Source: Candidatus Nanopusillus sp. (GTDB lineage Archaea; Nanobdellota; Nanobdellia; Nanobdellales; Nanobdellaceae). From it: a stretch of DNA of 32,000 bases. The notes below the pieces were generated by a model that had not been told where the DNA came from, did no database searches, and was given only the letters and a program-made list of their open reading frames with translations. Both the position numbers and the translations under genes were made by a program. Shown one piece after another: positions 24,138 through 32,000 of this stretch (position 1 is its first letter; each line of letters starts with the position of its first letter). The stretch is from positions 30,001 through 62,000 of the forward strand of contig JAPYVP010000001.1 of assembly GCA_028276785.1 (NCBI GenBank), written 5' to 3'.

Positions 24138-24902
24138 TTAACTTGTTGCGGCTGGTATGTTAATTAACTGGTTGTATGGTACTCTCATCAAGAATTGACA
24201 TAGTGGCATACCGTTATCATTATTATTTATACCCAGTGCTGCACAATTTCCTGTTACTACTAATATTCCATTACTGACTATCAAGTTTAAATTACATCCA
24301 TGTGCACTATTATAATATTTAAGAACTTTTAACAGTGCAACGAATACTTGGTTTGTAATCCATGTTGGTAATTGTGCGGAACACTGTGCTGGACCTGGAT
24401 ATAATATCTGGGATGGAGAAGAAATGTAAATCGTTGCTTGTCCAGTTTCTACATTAAATGATGTGGTAGAAGAATAATTTCCAAATACATAACTTGTTGC
24501 TTGTACTGGACTATAATATAATGTATCAATGTAATGGCGACATGTTAAATACATACATGCTAATGGTGTTATTTGATATCCCTGATATTGACATTGACTA
24601 GAAGGACCTCCGTATAATTGCAATACTACACTACATGGAACTGCATTTGAACAGATATAATACCCAGGACTTGCTTGTACAAGCCCATTTCCTATGTTTT
24701 CATACCTTGTACAGAATGTTACTGGATCTTGTTGACAATAGTTTAAACAATTAGCAACTGCTTGTTGTATTTGTGTGTTGGATATTTGGCTAATATTTGA
24801 TGATTGTTGCTGAAATAGTCTAATTACAATAACCGCTACTACTAACATTATTATTATTACGAATATCAACTGTACAGCCATATCTATACCCCTTCTTTTC
24901 AT
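24138..24902 (-). CDS. Class III signal (type IV pilin-like) cysteine-rich protein, first gene of the operon
   Basis: 254 aa. MKRRG|IDMAVQLIFVIIIMLVVAVIVIRLF has a basic residue then Gly, followed by a ~22-residue hydrophobic helix, as in a prepilin signal. I count 12 Cys. A promoter-like TATA lies at -24..-31. Confidence 0.6.
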   Translation of the reverse strand: MKRRGIDMAVQLIFVIIIMLVVAVIVIRLFQQQSSNISQISNTQIQQAVANCLNYCQQDPVTFCTRYENIGNGLVQASPGYYICSNAVPCSVVLQLYGGPSSQCQYQGYQITPLACMYLTCRHYIDTLYYSPVQATSYVFGNYSSTTSFNVETGQATIYISSPSQILYPGPAQCSAQLPTWITNQVFVALLKVLKYYNSAHGCNLNLIVSNGILVVTGNCAALGINNNDNGMPLCQFLMRVPYNQLINIPAATS

Positions 24903-24925
24903 AATTAAGGATAAATATTTTATTC

Positions 24926-24933
24926 TTTATAAA
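24926..24933 (-). promoter_or_regulatory. Candidate TATA box (with purine-rich BRE) for the 12-gene surface operon
   Basis: The minus strand reads AAAACA-TTTATAAA-(23 nt)-ATG. The TATA spans -31..-24 relative to the ATG at 24902, the geometry expected for a leaderless or short-leader archaeal mRNA. It lies in a 37-nt intergenic gap. Confidence 0.45.
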
Positions 24934-24939
24934 TGTTTT

Positions 24940-25347
24940 TCAGTAATATATAATAAATTTCATATCTTTTTCATACCTTAATCTTTCTATTATTTTTTTA
25001 TCAATATCAATAGCACTTTTATTTGAGTTTATCGCTAAGGTTCTATCATCAATATAATTACTTTTTCTTATAACAATACTTCTATCATTTGTTAATAATA
25101 AATTTCTTGAGCCATAAGCAATTATACTGTCTATTAAATCATCAACCTTAATTATAATCTTTATTTTTCCTTCATTTAATAAATGATCTTTAAGATCTTC
25201 CGGTAAATCCTTTACAGAATAGTTTGCATTTATACCAATTATACAATCTCCTCTCTCAGTTAGATAATTATCTTTAGTAATTTCTAAGGTGCTTTTATGT
25301 GTTGCTTTTATTAATTTATGCCCTTTAGCTTTTATTACTAATTTCAT
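24940..25347 (-). CDS. DUF371-family protein (conserved archaeal, unknown function)
   Basis: 135 aa. KAKGHKLIKATHKSTLEITKDNYLTERGDCIIGINA...SIVIRKSNYIDDRTLAI matches the DUF371/COG2090 pattern as I remember it (GH.nI.AtH.tT.EiT...lT..GDCIigv ... ViRkS...RT). Confidence 0.6.
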   Translation of the reverse strand: MKLVIKAKGHKLIKATHKSTLEITKDNYLTERGDCIIGINANYSVKDLPEDLKDHLLNEGKIKIIIKVDDLIDSIIAYGSRNLLLTNDRSIVIRKSNYIDDRTLAINSNKSAIDIDKKIIERLRYEKDMKFIIYY

Positions 25348-26176
25348 TTAAGTAATTTAGTATTTCTCTTGTAACATTTCTATTTAAATATTTATCAAAT
25401 CCTTCATATTGAAATATATGATGCAAATCTATTAAATAATATTGACCCCTCTTTAACAATAGATCAAATGCAAATATTTGTAAGTCACATTTATCCATAA
25501 TCTTATATCCAATATCTATTATCTCTTCATCTAATTTATATTCTCTTCCATACCCACCTTGACTGATATTTGCCTTAAAACTATTTTTATTAATTCTCTC
25601 CATTGCGCCAATTGGTTTTCCCACAAAAATTATTCTTATATCTTTCTCATAGGGTATGTATTTTTGAAATATTAAATGTTTTATGTTTATTTTCTTCTCT
25701 AATAAATATTTTTCTAAAAAGTTATATAGTTCTTTTTCATTATCTATCTTATGTACGAATTCTCCTCTATGAACAAACTGATGCTTTATTATCATTGGAA
25801 ATCCTATTTTATTTATTACATATTCTATGTTATCTATTGAATATATTTTTATAAATTCTGGGATTTCTACATATTTATTAAGAATACTGTAAAATAGAGT
25901 TTTTGATATTATGGATTCTTTAACGTGTATGGTATTTATCACTTCTTTCCCATTTTGTTTAAGATATCTTGCTAGAAAGTGTATATCAGATAAAAAAGTT
26001 GATCCAAGGAAAAAGTAATATACGTCATAGTTTAATATTTTTTCATTATATGGAAATATGTTGTCCTTTTCTATATCAATAATATTAATATTATTATAGT
26101 TTTTTATTTCTTCTTTTAACTTTATTATTCTATAATCATGTGAATCAGTTTTTGCAAATATGGCTACTCTACCCAT
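25325..26176 (-). CDS. ATP-grasp enzyme, RimK/LysX-like ligase (divergent)
   Basis: 283 aa. IFQKYIPYEKDIRIIFVGKPIGAMERINKNSFKANISQGGYGREYKL matches the RimK core (iQeyi...DiRvfVvg..v.aamrR....fr.N...GG). Its 3' end overlaps the DUF371 gene by 23 nt. Confidence 0.6.
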   Translation of the reverse strand: MGRVAIFAKTDSHDYRIIKLKEEIKNYNNINIIDIEKDNIFPYNEKILNYDVYYFFLGSTFLSDIHFLARYLKQNGKEVINTIHVKESIISKTLFYSILNKYVEIPEFIKIYSIDNIEYVINKIGFPMIIKHQFVHRGEFVHKIDNEKELYNFLEKYLLEKKINIKHLIFQKYIPYEKDIRIIFVGKPIGAMERINKNSFKANISQGGYGREYKLDEEIIDIGYKIMDKCDLQIFAFDLLLKRGQYYLIDLHHIFQYEGFDKYLNRNVTREILNYLNEISNKS

Positions 26177-26226
26177 TCTTAATATCTAGGGGGTAAAGTT
26201 ATAAGTTTTTTATAAAAATTAATTAA

Positions 26227-26541
26227 ATGGCAAAGTCTGTCAAAAAGTCTAAATCTAAAAAAGTTTCTAAGGTTAATGAACCTAAAAAGAGTTTAAGAGA
26301 ATTATCGGAAATTGATATAACAAAACACTATTTAGTACCAAAACATGTAATATTATCTGAAGAAGAGAAAAAAGAATTATTAGAAAAGTATAAAGTATCT
26401 CTATCAGATTTACCAAAGATTAAAATCTCAGATCCAGCATTAAAAAATTTAAATGTTAAGCCAGGAGATGTAGTTAAGATTATAAGAAATAACCCATGGA
26501 TTGGAGAAGAAATATACTATAGGGTTGTTGTTGAGGATTAA
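26227..26541 (+). CDS. rpoH: DNA-directed RNA polymerase subunit H (Rpo5) with Lys-rich N-terminal extension
   Basis: 104 aa. The core [57 protein letters not shown]...YYRVVV is canonical RpoH. The first ~30 aa ([21 protein letters not shown]...) are additional. Confidence 0.9.
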   Translation: MAKSVKKSKSKKVSKVNEPKKSLRELSEIDITKHYLVPKHVILSEEEKKELLEKYKVSLSDLPKIKISDPALKNLNVKPGDVVKIIRNNPWIGEEIYYRVVVED

Positions 26542-26573
26542 GCTTATAAAAATATCATATATATACATAAAAA

Positions 26574-28094
26574 GTGGCTAATAATAATACAGACAATTAT
26601 ATCTTATTTTATAAATACTTGGAGGAAAATGATCTCTTAGGAGTACAACTTAGGTCCTTTGAATATTTTGTTGATGTAGAAATGACAAAGATTGGAAGGG
26701 AATTGGGGACATTTTCTCCAAGATTATTAGCTCCTGGATTAAGAGATTTGCAATTTAAAATAGAAAAATTGTGGTTGGGGAAGGCGGATTTTATGGAAAA
26801 AGAGGGAGTTTCTAGATTAATATATCCGATAGAGGCTAGAATTAGAAGACTTACATATGCCGGAACAGTGTTTATGGAATTTTCTGTATATGAAAATGAA
26901 ACTTTTAAGAGTAAATATCAGGTATCTATTGGAAGATTGCCAATAATGGTTAGATCAAAATATTGTAATACTTATGGATTATCTGAAGAAGAATTAATAA
27001 AGATCGGAGAAGATCCGACAGATAGGGGCGGGTATTTTATTATTAATGGAAATGAAAAATTAATTGTACTATCTGAAGAACTTGGTACAAATAAATTTTA
27101 TGTTCAAAAGGAGTCTGGTTCTATAAAATATAGTGGATATTTATTATCCGAATCTTTAACCCAATTAAAGGCTCATAGAATGGAGATGACAAAAGATGGT
27201 TTATTATATTTATCATTTGAGAAATATAAAAAAGTTCCATTAATACCACTGGTAAGGGCTTTAGGTTTAGAAAAGGATGTTGAAATAAACCAATTGATTT
27301 CAGAAGGAGAGGAGTTTGAAGAAGTATATATTAACTTATTAGAATTTCAAAATATAAAAACTTCTGAAGATGCAATAACTTATCTAGCTGATAAATTGAA
27401 ATTAACAGGATCTCCAGAAGTTAAAAGAGAAAAATTATTGTCAATATTAGATAATTTATTATTACCAAATATTGGTACATCACCCAATGATAGATTATTA
27501 AAGGCATACAATCTATTGAAGATGGCAAGAAAGATATTATTATTAGCTCATGGAAAGATTGATGAAGATATAAAGGACCACTTTGCAAATAAAATAGTTA
27601 GAACACCCGGAGAATTATTAAGAGAGTTTTTCTTAGTTACCTTAAGAACATTGATGACAGATGCAATGTATCAATATGAAAGATTAGTAAAAAGGGGAAA
27701 AATACCGTCATATACATCTATATTTAGATCAAAAATATTTACTGAAAGATTTGAAAATGTAATGGCTATTGGAAAATGGACAAGAAATAGGACCGGAATT
27801 TCTCAAGCTCTAGATAGAACAAATAAAATTTCTGTTTTATCTCATTTAACAAGGGTTGTTTCTTCAATATCTGGAGAAGCTGAATTATTAGAAGCAAGAA
27901 TGGCTCATGGTACACACTGGGGTAGGTTAGATTTAATAGAAACACCCGAAGGTCATGAAACTGGACTTAGAAAAAATAAAACAATTCTAGCAAAGATAAG
28001 TTTTGAGGAGGTTGATAAGCGAGAATTAATTAAGAAATTGGAGGATATTGGATTAAGGCCAATAGTTAAAAATATTTCAGATATAAAAAAATAA
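26574..28094 (+). CDS. rpoB2: DNA-directed RNA polymerase subunit B'' (N-terminal half of split Rpo2)
   Basis: 506 aa with a GTG start. Contains LRSFEYFV, GRLPIMVRSKYC, DRGGYFIINGNEK and AHGTHWGRLDLIETPEG. The stop lies 1 nt before the rpoB' ATG. Confidence 0.93.
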   Translation: MANNNTDNYILFYKYLEENDLLGVQLRSFEYFVDVEMTKIGRELGTFSPRLLAPGLRDLQFKIEKLWLGKADFMEKEGVSRLIYPIEARIRRLTYAGTVFMEFSVYENETFKSKYQVSIGRLPIMVRSKYCNTYGLSEEELIKIGEDPTDRGGYFIINGNEKLIVLSEELGTNKFYVQKESGSIKYSGYLLSESLTQLKAHRMEMTKDGLLYLSFEKYKKVPLIPLVRALGLEKDVEINQLISEGEEFEEVYINLLEFQNIKTSEDAITYLADKLKLTGSPEVKREKLLSILDNLLLPNIGTSPNDRLLKAYNLLKMARKILLLAHGKIDEDIKDHFANKIVRTPGELLREFFLVTLRTLMTDAMYQYERLVKRGKIPSYTSIFRSKIFTERFENVMAIGKWTRNRTGISQALDRTNKISVLSHLTRVVSSISGEAELLEARMAHGTHWGRLDLIETPEGHETGLRKNKTILAKISFEEVDKRELIKKLEDIGLRPIVKNISDIKK

Positions 28095-28095
28095 A

Positions 28096-29898
28096 ATGGC
28101 ATATGAGGTTTATATAGATAGTATTTTTGTTGGATATGTTGATGACGCTAATAAGTTTATTGAAGAATTTAAGGAAAAAAGAAGAAAAGGTATTATTCCA
28201 TATTTTGTAAATATACATTTTGATGAAACAAGAAATGTTATAGAAATATTAACAAGAAAAGGAAGGATTTTAAGACCTTTAATTGTAGTAAAAGATGGCA
28301 AACCATTATTAAAAAAGGAACATATTGAAAAATTAAAGAAGGGGGAAATAAAGTGGTCTGATCTAGAAAAAGAAGGTATAATCGAATGGGTTGATCCTGC
28401 TGAGGAGGAAAATTTAAATGTTGCATTATATCCAGAAGACATAAAAGAAAATACAACCCATTTGGAGTTATCTTCTTTAGTAATATTTAGTATAGCCACA
28501 TCTTTAGTTCCATTTTCAAATAGAAACCAATCTGCAAGATTAAATAGAGGTGTTAGACCACAGAGACAGGCTCATGCTATATATTCTTTAAACTTCCACA
28601 ATAGATTTGATACTGATATTTCAATATTATATTATCCACAGCACCCGATTACTAGAACATTTTCTTTTAACATATTTAAGGATGATTATGCAATAGGACA
28701 AAATGTAATTGTTGCTGTAATGACACAAGAAGGATATAATATTGAAGATGCAATTATCATGAATAAAGGTTCAATAGATAGGGGTTTATTTAGATCTGTA
28801 TATTTTAGATCTTATGAAATAGAAAGATTAAGATATTCTGGGGGATTACAAGACGAAATTACAATTCCAGATCCTTCAGTGGAATTATATAGAGGTAAGG
28901 ATAAATATAAAAATTTAGAAGAAGATGGAATTGTTGCTGTTGAATCTTTTGTAAGATCTGAAGAAGTCATTGTTGGAAGAGTATCACCCCCAAGATTTAT
29001 TGGTTTAACTTCCGAATCTATTGCAACAGGTTTAAGAAAAAAAGATTCTTCATTAACTACTGGTAGCGGAGAAGAGGGATGGGTAGACAAGGTCGTAATA
29101 ACAGAATCTGATGATGGAAATTTGTTAGTTAGGATAAAATTAAGAGATCTAAGAATTCCAGAACTTGGGGATAAATTTTCTGTAAGACATGGACAAAAAG
29201 GTGTTTTGGGAATGATTGTTGATCCATCGGATATGCCATGGTCTTCTTCTGGTCTTGTTCCAGATATAATATTTTCTCCTGCTGGAATTCCTTCAAGAGA
29301 AACTGTTGGTTTATTATTAGAATTACTTGCTGGAAAAGTTGGAAGTTTGAGTGGAAGATATGTTGATGGAACTCCTTGGTATGGGGAAAGTGAAGAAGAA
29401 TTAAGGAAAGAATTATTATCTTTAGGATTTAGAGAAGATGGAACAGAAACATTATATAATCCTTTAACTGGAGATGAATTTAAAGTTAAAATATTTATTG
29501 GAAGTATATATTATTTAAGATTAAAATATATGGCAAAGAATAAATTACAAGCAAGAGCAACAGGTCCTGTTACATTATTAACGAGACAACCAACAGAGGG
29601 TAAATCAAAGAAAGGTGGTTTGAAATTTAGTGAAATGGAACATGAAGTTCTTGCTGCTCATGGTGCTTCTATATTATTAAGAGAAATGTATTCTTCTGAT
29701 GATACAACCATTTATGTTTGTGAAAAATGTGGTTCTCTTGCTGTTGAAGATAATATAAGAAACAGAGTTTATTGTCCTATTTGTGGTGAAACTGAAAAAA
29801 TATCAAAAGTTAAAGTTTCTTATGCATTTCATTTATTATTAAATGAATTGATCTCTCTTGGAATTTGGCCCAAGCTTAAGTTAGATTACAAATTTTGA
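28096..29898 (+). CDS. rpoB1: DNA-directed RNA polymerase subunit B' (C-terminal half of split Rpo2)
   Basis: 600 aa. Contains GDKFSVRHGQKGV, PDIIFSPAGIPSRETVG, GGLKFSEMEHEVLAAHGA and the C-terminal Zn ribbon CEKCGS...CPICG. Confidence 0.95.
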   Translation: MAYEVYIDSIFVGYVDDANKFIEEFKEKRRKGIIPYFVNIHFDETRNVIEILTRKGRILRPLIVVKDGKPLLKKEHIEKLKKGEIKWSDLEKEGIIEWVDPAEEENLNVALYPEDIKENTTHLELSSLVIFSIATSLVPFSNRNQSARLNRGVRPQRQAHAIYSLNFHNRFDTDISILYYPQHPITRTFSFNIFKDDYAIGQNVIVAVMTQEGYNIEDAIIMNKGSIDRGLFRSVYFRSYEIERLRYSGGLQDEITIPDPSVELYRGKDKYKNLEEDGIVAVESFVRSEEVIVGRVSPPRFIGLTSESIATGLRKKDSSLTTGSGEEGWVDKVVITESDDGNLLVRIKLRDLRIPELGDKFSVRHGQKGVLGMIVDPSDMPWSSSGLVPDIIFSPAGIPSRETVGLLLELLAGKVGSLSGRYVDGTPWYGESEEELRKELLSLGFREDGTETLYNPLTGDEFKVKIFIGSIYYLRLKYMAKNKLQARATGPVTLLTRQPTEGKSKKGGLKFSEMEHEVLAAHGASILLREMYSSDDTTIYVCEKCGSLAVEDNIRNRVYCPICGETEKISKVKVSYAFHLLLNELISLGIWPKLKLDYKF

Positions 29899-32000
29899 TG
29901 ATGAAAGATATATTCTTCAAAAAGATTTCTGAAATTCAATATTCTTTATTAAGTCCAGATGCGATAAGAAAGATGTCTGCAGCAAAAATAATCGTATCAG
30001 AATTATATGATGAAGATGGAACCCCGATAAGGGGTGGGTTGATGGATTTAAGATTGGGAGTAGTAGATCCAAGTTATGTATGTGAAACATGTGGAAAAAC
30101 TGCAGGAAAATGTTTGGGTCATTTTGGTCATATTGAATTGGCAAGACCAGTATTGCATCCCGAGTTTTTACCAATTGTTAAAGAATTAATAAATGCTGTT
30201 TGCCATAATTGTGGTCATGTAAAGTTAACTAAAGAAGAAAGGGAGTTTGCATTAAATAAAATAGAAAGATATAGAAATTCAAGAAGATGGAATAGATTAT
30301 TTAAATTTGTAATTAAGTTTGTATATTCAAAAGCTAAAAAAAGAACAAAATGTCCTATATGTGGATATGAAAATCCAAAAGTTGAATTTAAGAAACCATT
30401 TTATTTTTATGTTAAGGATAAGGAAAATGAAAGAAGAATGTATCCCGTCGAAATTAGGGCAATATTTGAAAAAATACCAAATGAAGATTTACCATTGATC
30501 GGATTTGATTCATCATCTAGACCAGAATGGATGATATTAACTGTTTTACCTGTACCTCCGGTAACAATGAGACCTTCGATAGTTTTGGAAACCGGTGAGA
30601 GAGCAGAAGATGATTTAACTCATAAATTAGTTGATATTGTAAGAACAAATCAAAGATTAAAGGAAGATATAACGACAGGAGCCCCACAAGTAATTGTAGA
30701 TGATATATATAATTTATTGCAATACCATATATTTACATATTTTAATAATACTTTACCAAACGTTCCAAAGGCTCAACATAGATCTGGAAAACCTTTAAAA
30801 TCATTGGTTGAGAGAATTTCTGGAAAAGAAGGTATAATTAGAAGATATTTGCTTGGAAAAAGAATAAATTATAGTTCAAGAGCAGTTATTACCCCAGATA
30901 CAAAGATAAGACCAAATGAGGTTGGAATACCGTTATATGTTGCAAAAACATTAACAGTTCCAGAAAGGGTTACTGAATGGAATATTGAAAAGATGAAAGA
31001 ATATATATTAAACGGACCTGAAAGATATCCGGGTGCAAATTATGTAATATCGCCAGATGGAAGAAAAAGAGTAATTACTGAAGAAAATAAAGAAACACTT
31101 GCTTCAATGATAGCACCAGGTTGGATTGTTGAAAGACATTTAATGGATGGGGATATTGTATTATTATTAAGATATCCTTCTTTACATAGATTGTCAATGA
31201 TGGGTCATTATGTTAAAGTACTTCCTGGAAATACTTTCAGGATAAATCCAATAATATGTAAACCTTATAATGCAGATTTTGATGGAGATGAAATGAACGT
31301 ATTTTTACCAAGAAGTGAGGAAGCAAGAGCAGAAGCAGAATTTTTAGCAGAAATATCAAATAATTATATTACTCCAAGGTATGGAGACTTTATTGTTGGT
31401 ATGATTCAGGAAATGATAACTGGACTATATTTGATAACACAAGATGATGTAAAAATACCAATTAATCAAGCCACACAGTTAATATATATGTCTAATGCTA
31501 ATGATAAAGATTTGGAGAAATTATCTAATATTATTAAAAAGGCAAAGGAGGAAGGAAGGGATTATCTAACTGGAAAAGAAGTTGCTTCAGTATTCTTGCC
31601 AAATGATCTTAATTTTGAAAATGATAAAATAAAAATAGAAAATGGAATGATAGTTAGGGGATATCTAGACTCAAGTTTAATAAAGGCGGAAAAGGGAAGA
31701 TTATTTGTTGTACTATATAAATTATATGGAAAGGAATATGTGACAGATTTATTACAAAAATATAGTTTATTAGGAATATATTATCAATACAATTTGGGAA
31801 TTACTATGTCTATTTCAGATTTTGATTTGCCTGAAGAGGCAAAAGAGGAAATAAGAAAGATAATAGAAGATACACAAAAGGCAATAGATGATTTATATAA
31901 ACAATATATTGAAGGAACTCTAGAAAGGATTGCTGGCAGAAGTTTAAAAGAAACATATGAATTAAAATCCATGCAGGCGGTATCTGAAAGTGTAACAAAA
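29898..32000 (+). CDS. rpoA1: DNA-directed RNA polymerase subunit A' (Rpo1N), 3'-truncated by the window edge
   Basis: This ORF is absent from the ORF track because it has no stop in the window. ATG at 29898 (or 29901) overlaps the rpoB' TGA. It translates to MMKDIFFKKISEIQYSLLSPDAIRKMS...CETCGKTAGKCLGHFGHIELARPVLHP and carries the catalytic NADFDGDEMN near 31,270-31,300. The frame is open to nt 32000. Confidence 0.93.
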   Translation, partial: MMKDIFFKKISEIQYSLLSPDAIRKMSAAKIIVSELYDEDGTPIRGGLMDLRLGVVDPSYVCETCGKTAGKCLGHFGHIELARPVLHPEFLPIVKELINAVCHNCGHVKLTKEEREFALNKIERYRNSRRWNRLFKFVIKFVYSKAKKRTKCPICGYENPKVEFKKPFYFYVKDKENERRMYPVEIRAIFEKIPNEDLPLIGFDSSSRPEWMILTVLPVPPVTMRPSIVLETGERAEDDLTHKLVDIVRTNQRLKEDITTGAPQVIVDDIYNLLQYHIFTYFNNTLPNVPKAQHRSGKPLKSLVERISGKEGIIRRYLLGKRINYSSRAVITPDTKIRPNEVGIPLYVAKTLTVPERVTEWNIEKMKEYILNGPERYPGANYVISPDGRKRVITEENKETLASMIAPGWIVERHLMDGDIVLLLRYPSLHRLSMMGHYVKVLPGNTFRINPIICKPYNADFDGDEMNVFLPRSEEARAEAEFLAEISNNYITPRYGDFIVGMIQEMITGLYLITQDDVKIPINQATQLIYMSNANDKDLEKLSNIIKKAKEEGRDYLTGKEVASVFLPNDLNFENDKIKIENGMIVRGYLDSSLIKAEKGRLFVVLYKLYGKEYVTDLLQKYSLLGIYYQYNLGITMSISDFDLPEEAKEEIRKIIEDTQKAIDDLYKQYIEGTLERIAGRSLKETYELKSMQAVSESVTK

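Noticed and set aside
6119-24902. Extreme Asn/Ile/Tyr/Lys richness of many proteins considered as a functional signal.
   Set aside because: It is largely explained by the genome-wide AT codon bias. I flagged only the localised NQT stalk and the sequon density.
26574-29898. rpoB appearing as two ORFs, which could indicate a frameshift or pseudogene.
   Set aside because: The split into B'' (~500 aa) and B' (~600 aa), with a 1-nt spacer and a proper ATG, is the well-known natural split found in several archaeal lineages. Both halves keep their conserved motifs.
862-31998. Many 60-130-aa ORFs in the supplied track that lie antisense to, or out of frame within, larger genes (for example 862..1167, 1458..1670, 1742..1975, 2553..3069, 4716..4952, 5664..5939, 6117..6377, 6789..6971, 7452..7637, 9774..10061, 10755..10949, 14235..14423, 19937..20188, 20617..20811, 23240..23539, 25603..25854, 28110..28499, 28812..29090, 29917..30174, 31784..31998).
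   Set aside because: Each is fully nested in a longer ORF with recognisable homology or coherent membrane/secreted architecture. Their translations are low-complexity Leu/Ile/Phe/Tyr strings of the kind expected from shadow frames in AT-rich DNA.
1-32000. Search for tRNA/rRNA genes, integrases, transposases, toxin-antitoxin pairs or defence genes.
   Set aside because: Structured RNAs should stand out as GC-rich islands in this AT-rich DNA, and the only one found is the C/D sRNA at ~11.9 kb. No ORF shows recombinase, nuclease or defence-system motifs that I can recognise.

Overview
Very AT-rich archaeal chromosomal window, well under 30% G+C by eye. Gene content includes a split rpoB, membrane-bound LonB and a tfb-pop5-psmA-sdo1 string. 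Together with tight gene packing and Asn/Ile/Tyr-rich proteins, this suggests a small-genome DPANN/Nanoarchaeota-like archaeon, but the taxon is inference only. Nt 1-13,400 hold housekeeping genes: SBDS/Sdo1, proteasome alpha, a miniaturised Pop5-like RNase P protein, TFB, LonB, S24e, S27ae, family-4 UDG and agmatinase. This stretch also carries a 1420-aa glycoprotein-like surface protein and a textbook C/D-box sRNA that starts on the UDG stop codon. Nt 26,200-32,000 hold the RNA polymerase operon rpoH-rpoB''-rpoB'-rpoA', with rpoA' running off the window. The standout is nt 13,412-24,902, a single minus-strand operon of 12 tightly coupled ORFs that I could match to almost no known family. It starts with a class-III (type IV pilin-like) signal protein and a FlaJ/TadC/PilC-like polytopic platform protein. 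These are followed by nine proteins with pilin-like or signal-anchor N-termini and one further polytopic membrane protein. Several of the nine start with an unusual [K/R]-N-Q motif in place of the canonical [K/R]-G-Q, and many are cysteine-rich and full of N-glycosylation sequons. One carries a papain-fold domain whose catalytic Cys is replaced by Tyr. No assembly ATPase or prepilin peptidase is in the window. I read this as a candidate uncharacterised pilus-like or surface-adhesion apparatus. I saw no tRNA, rRNA, CRISPR or mobile elements.
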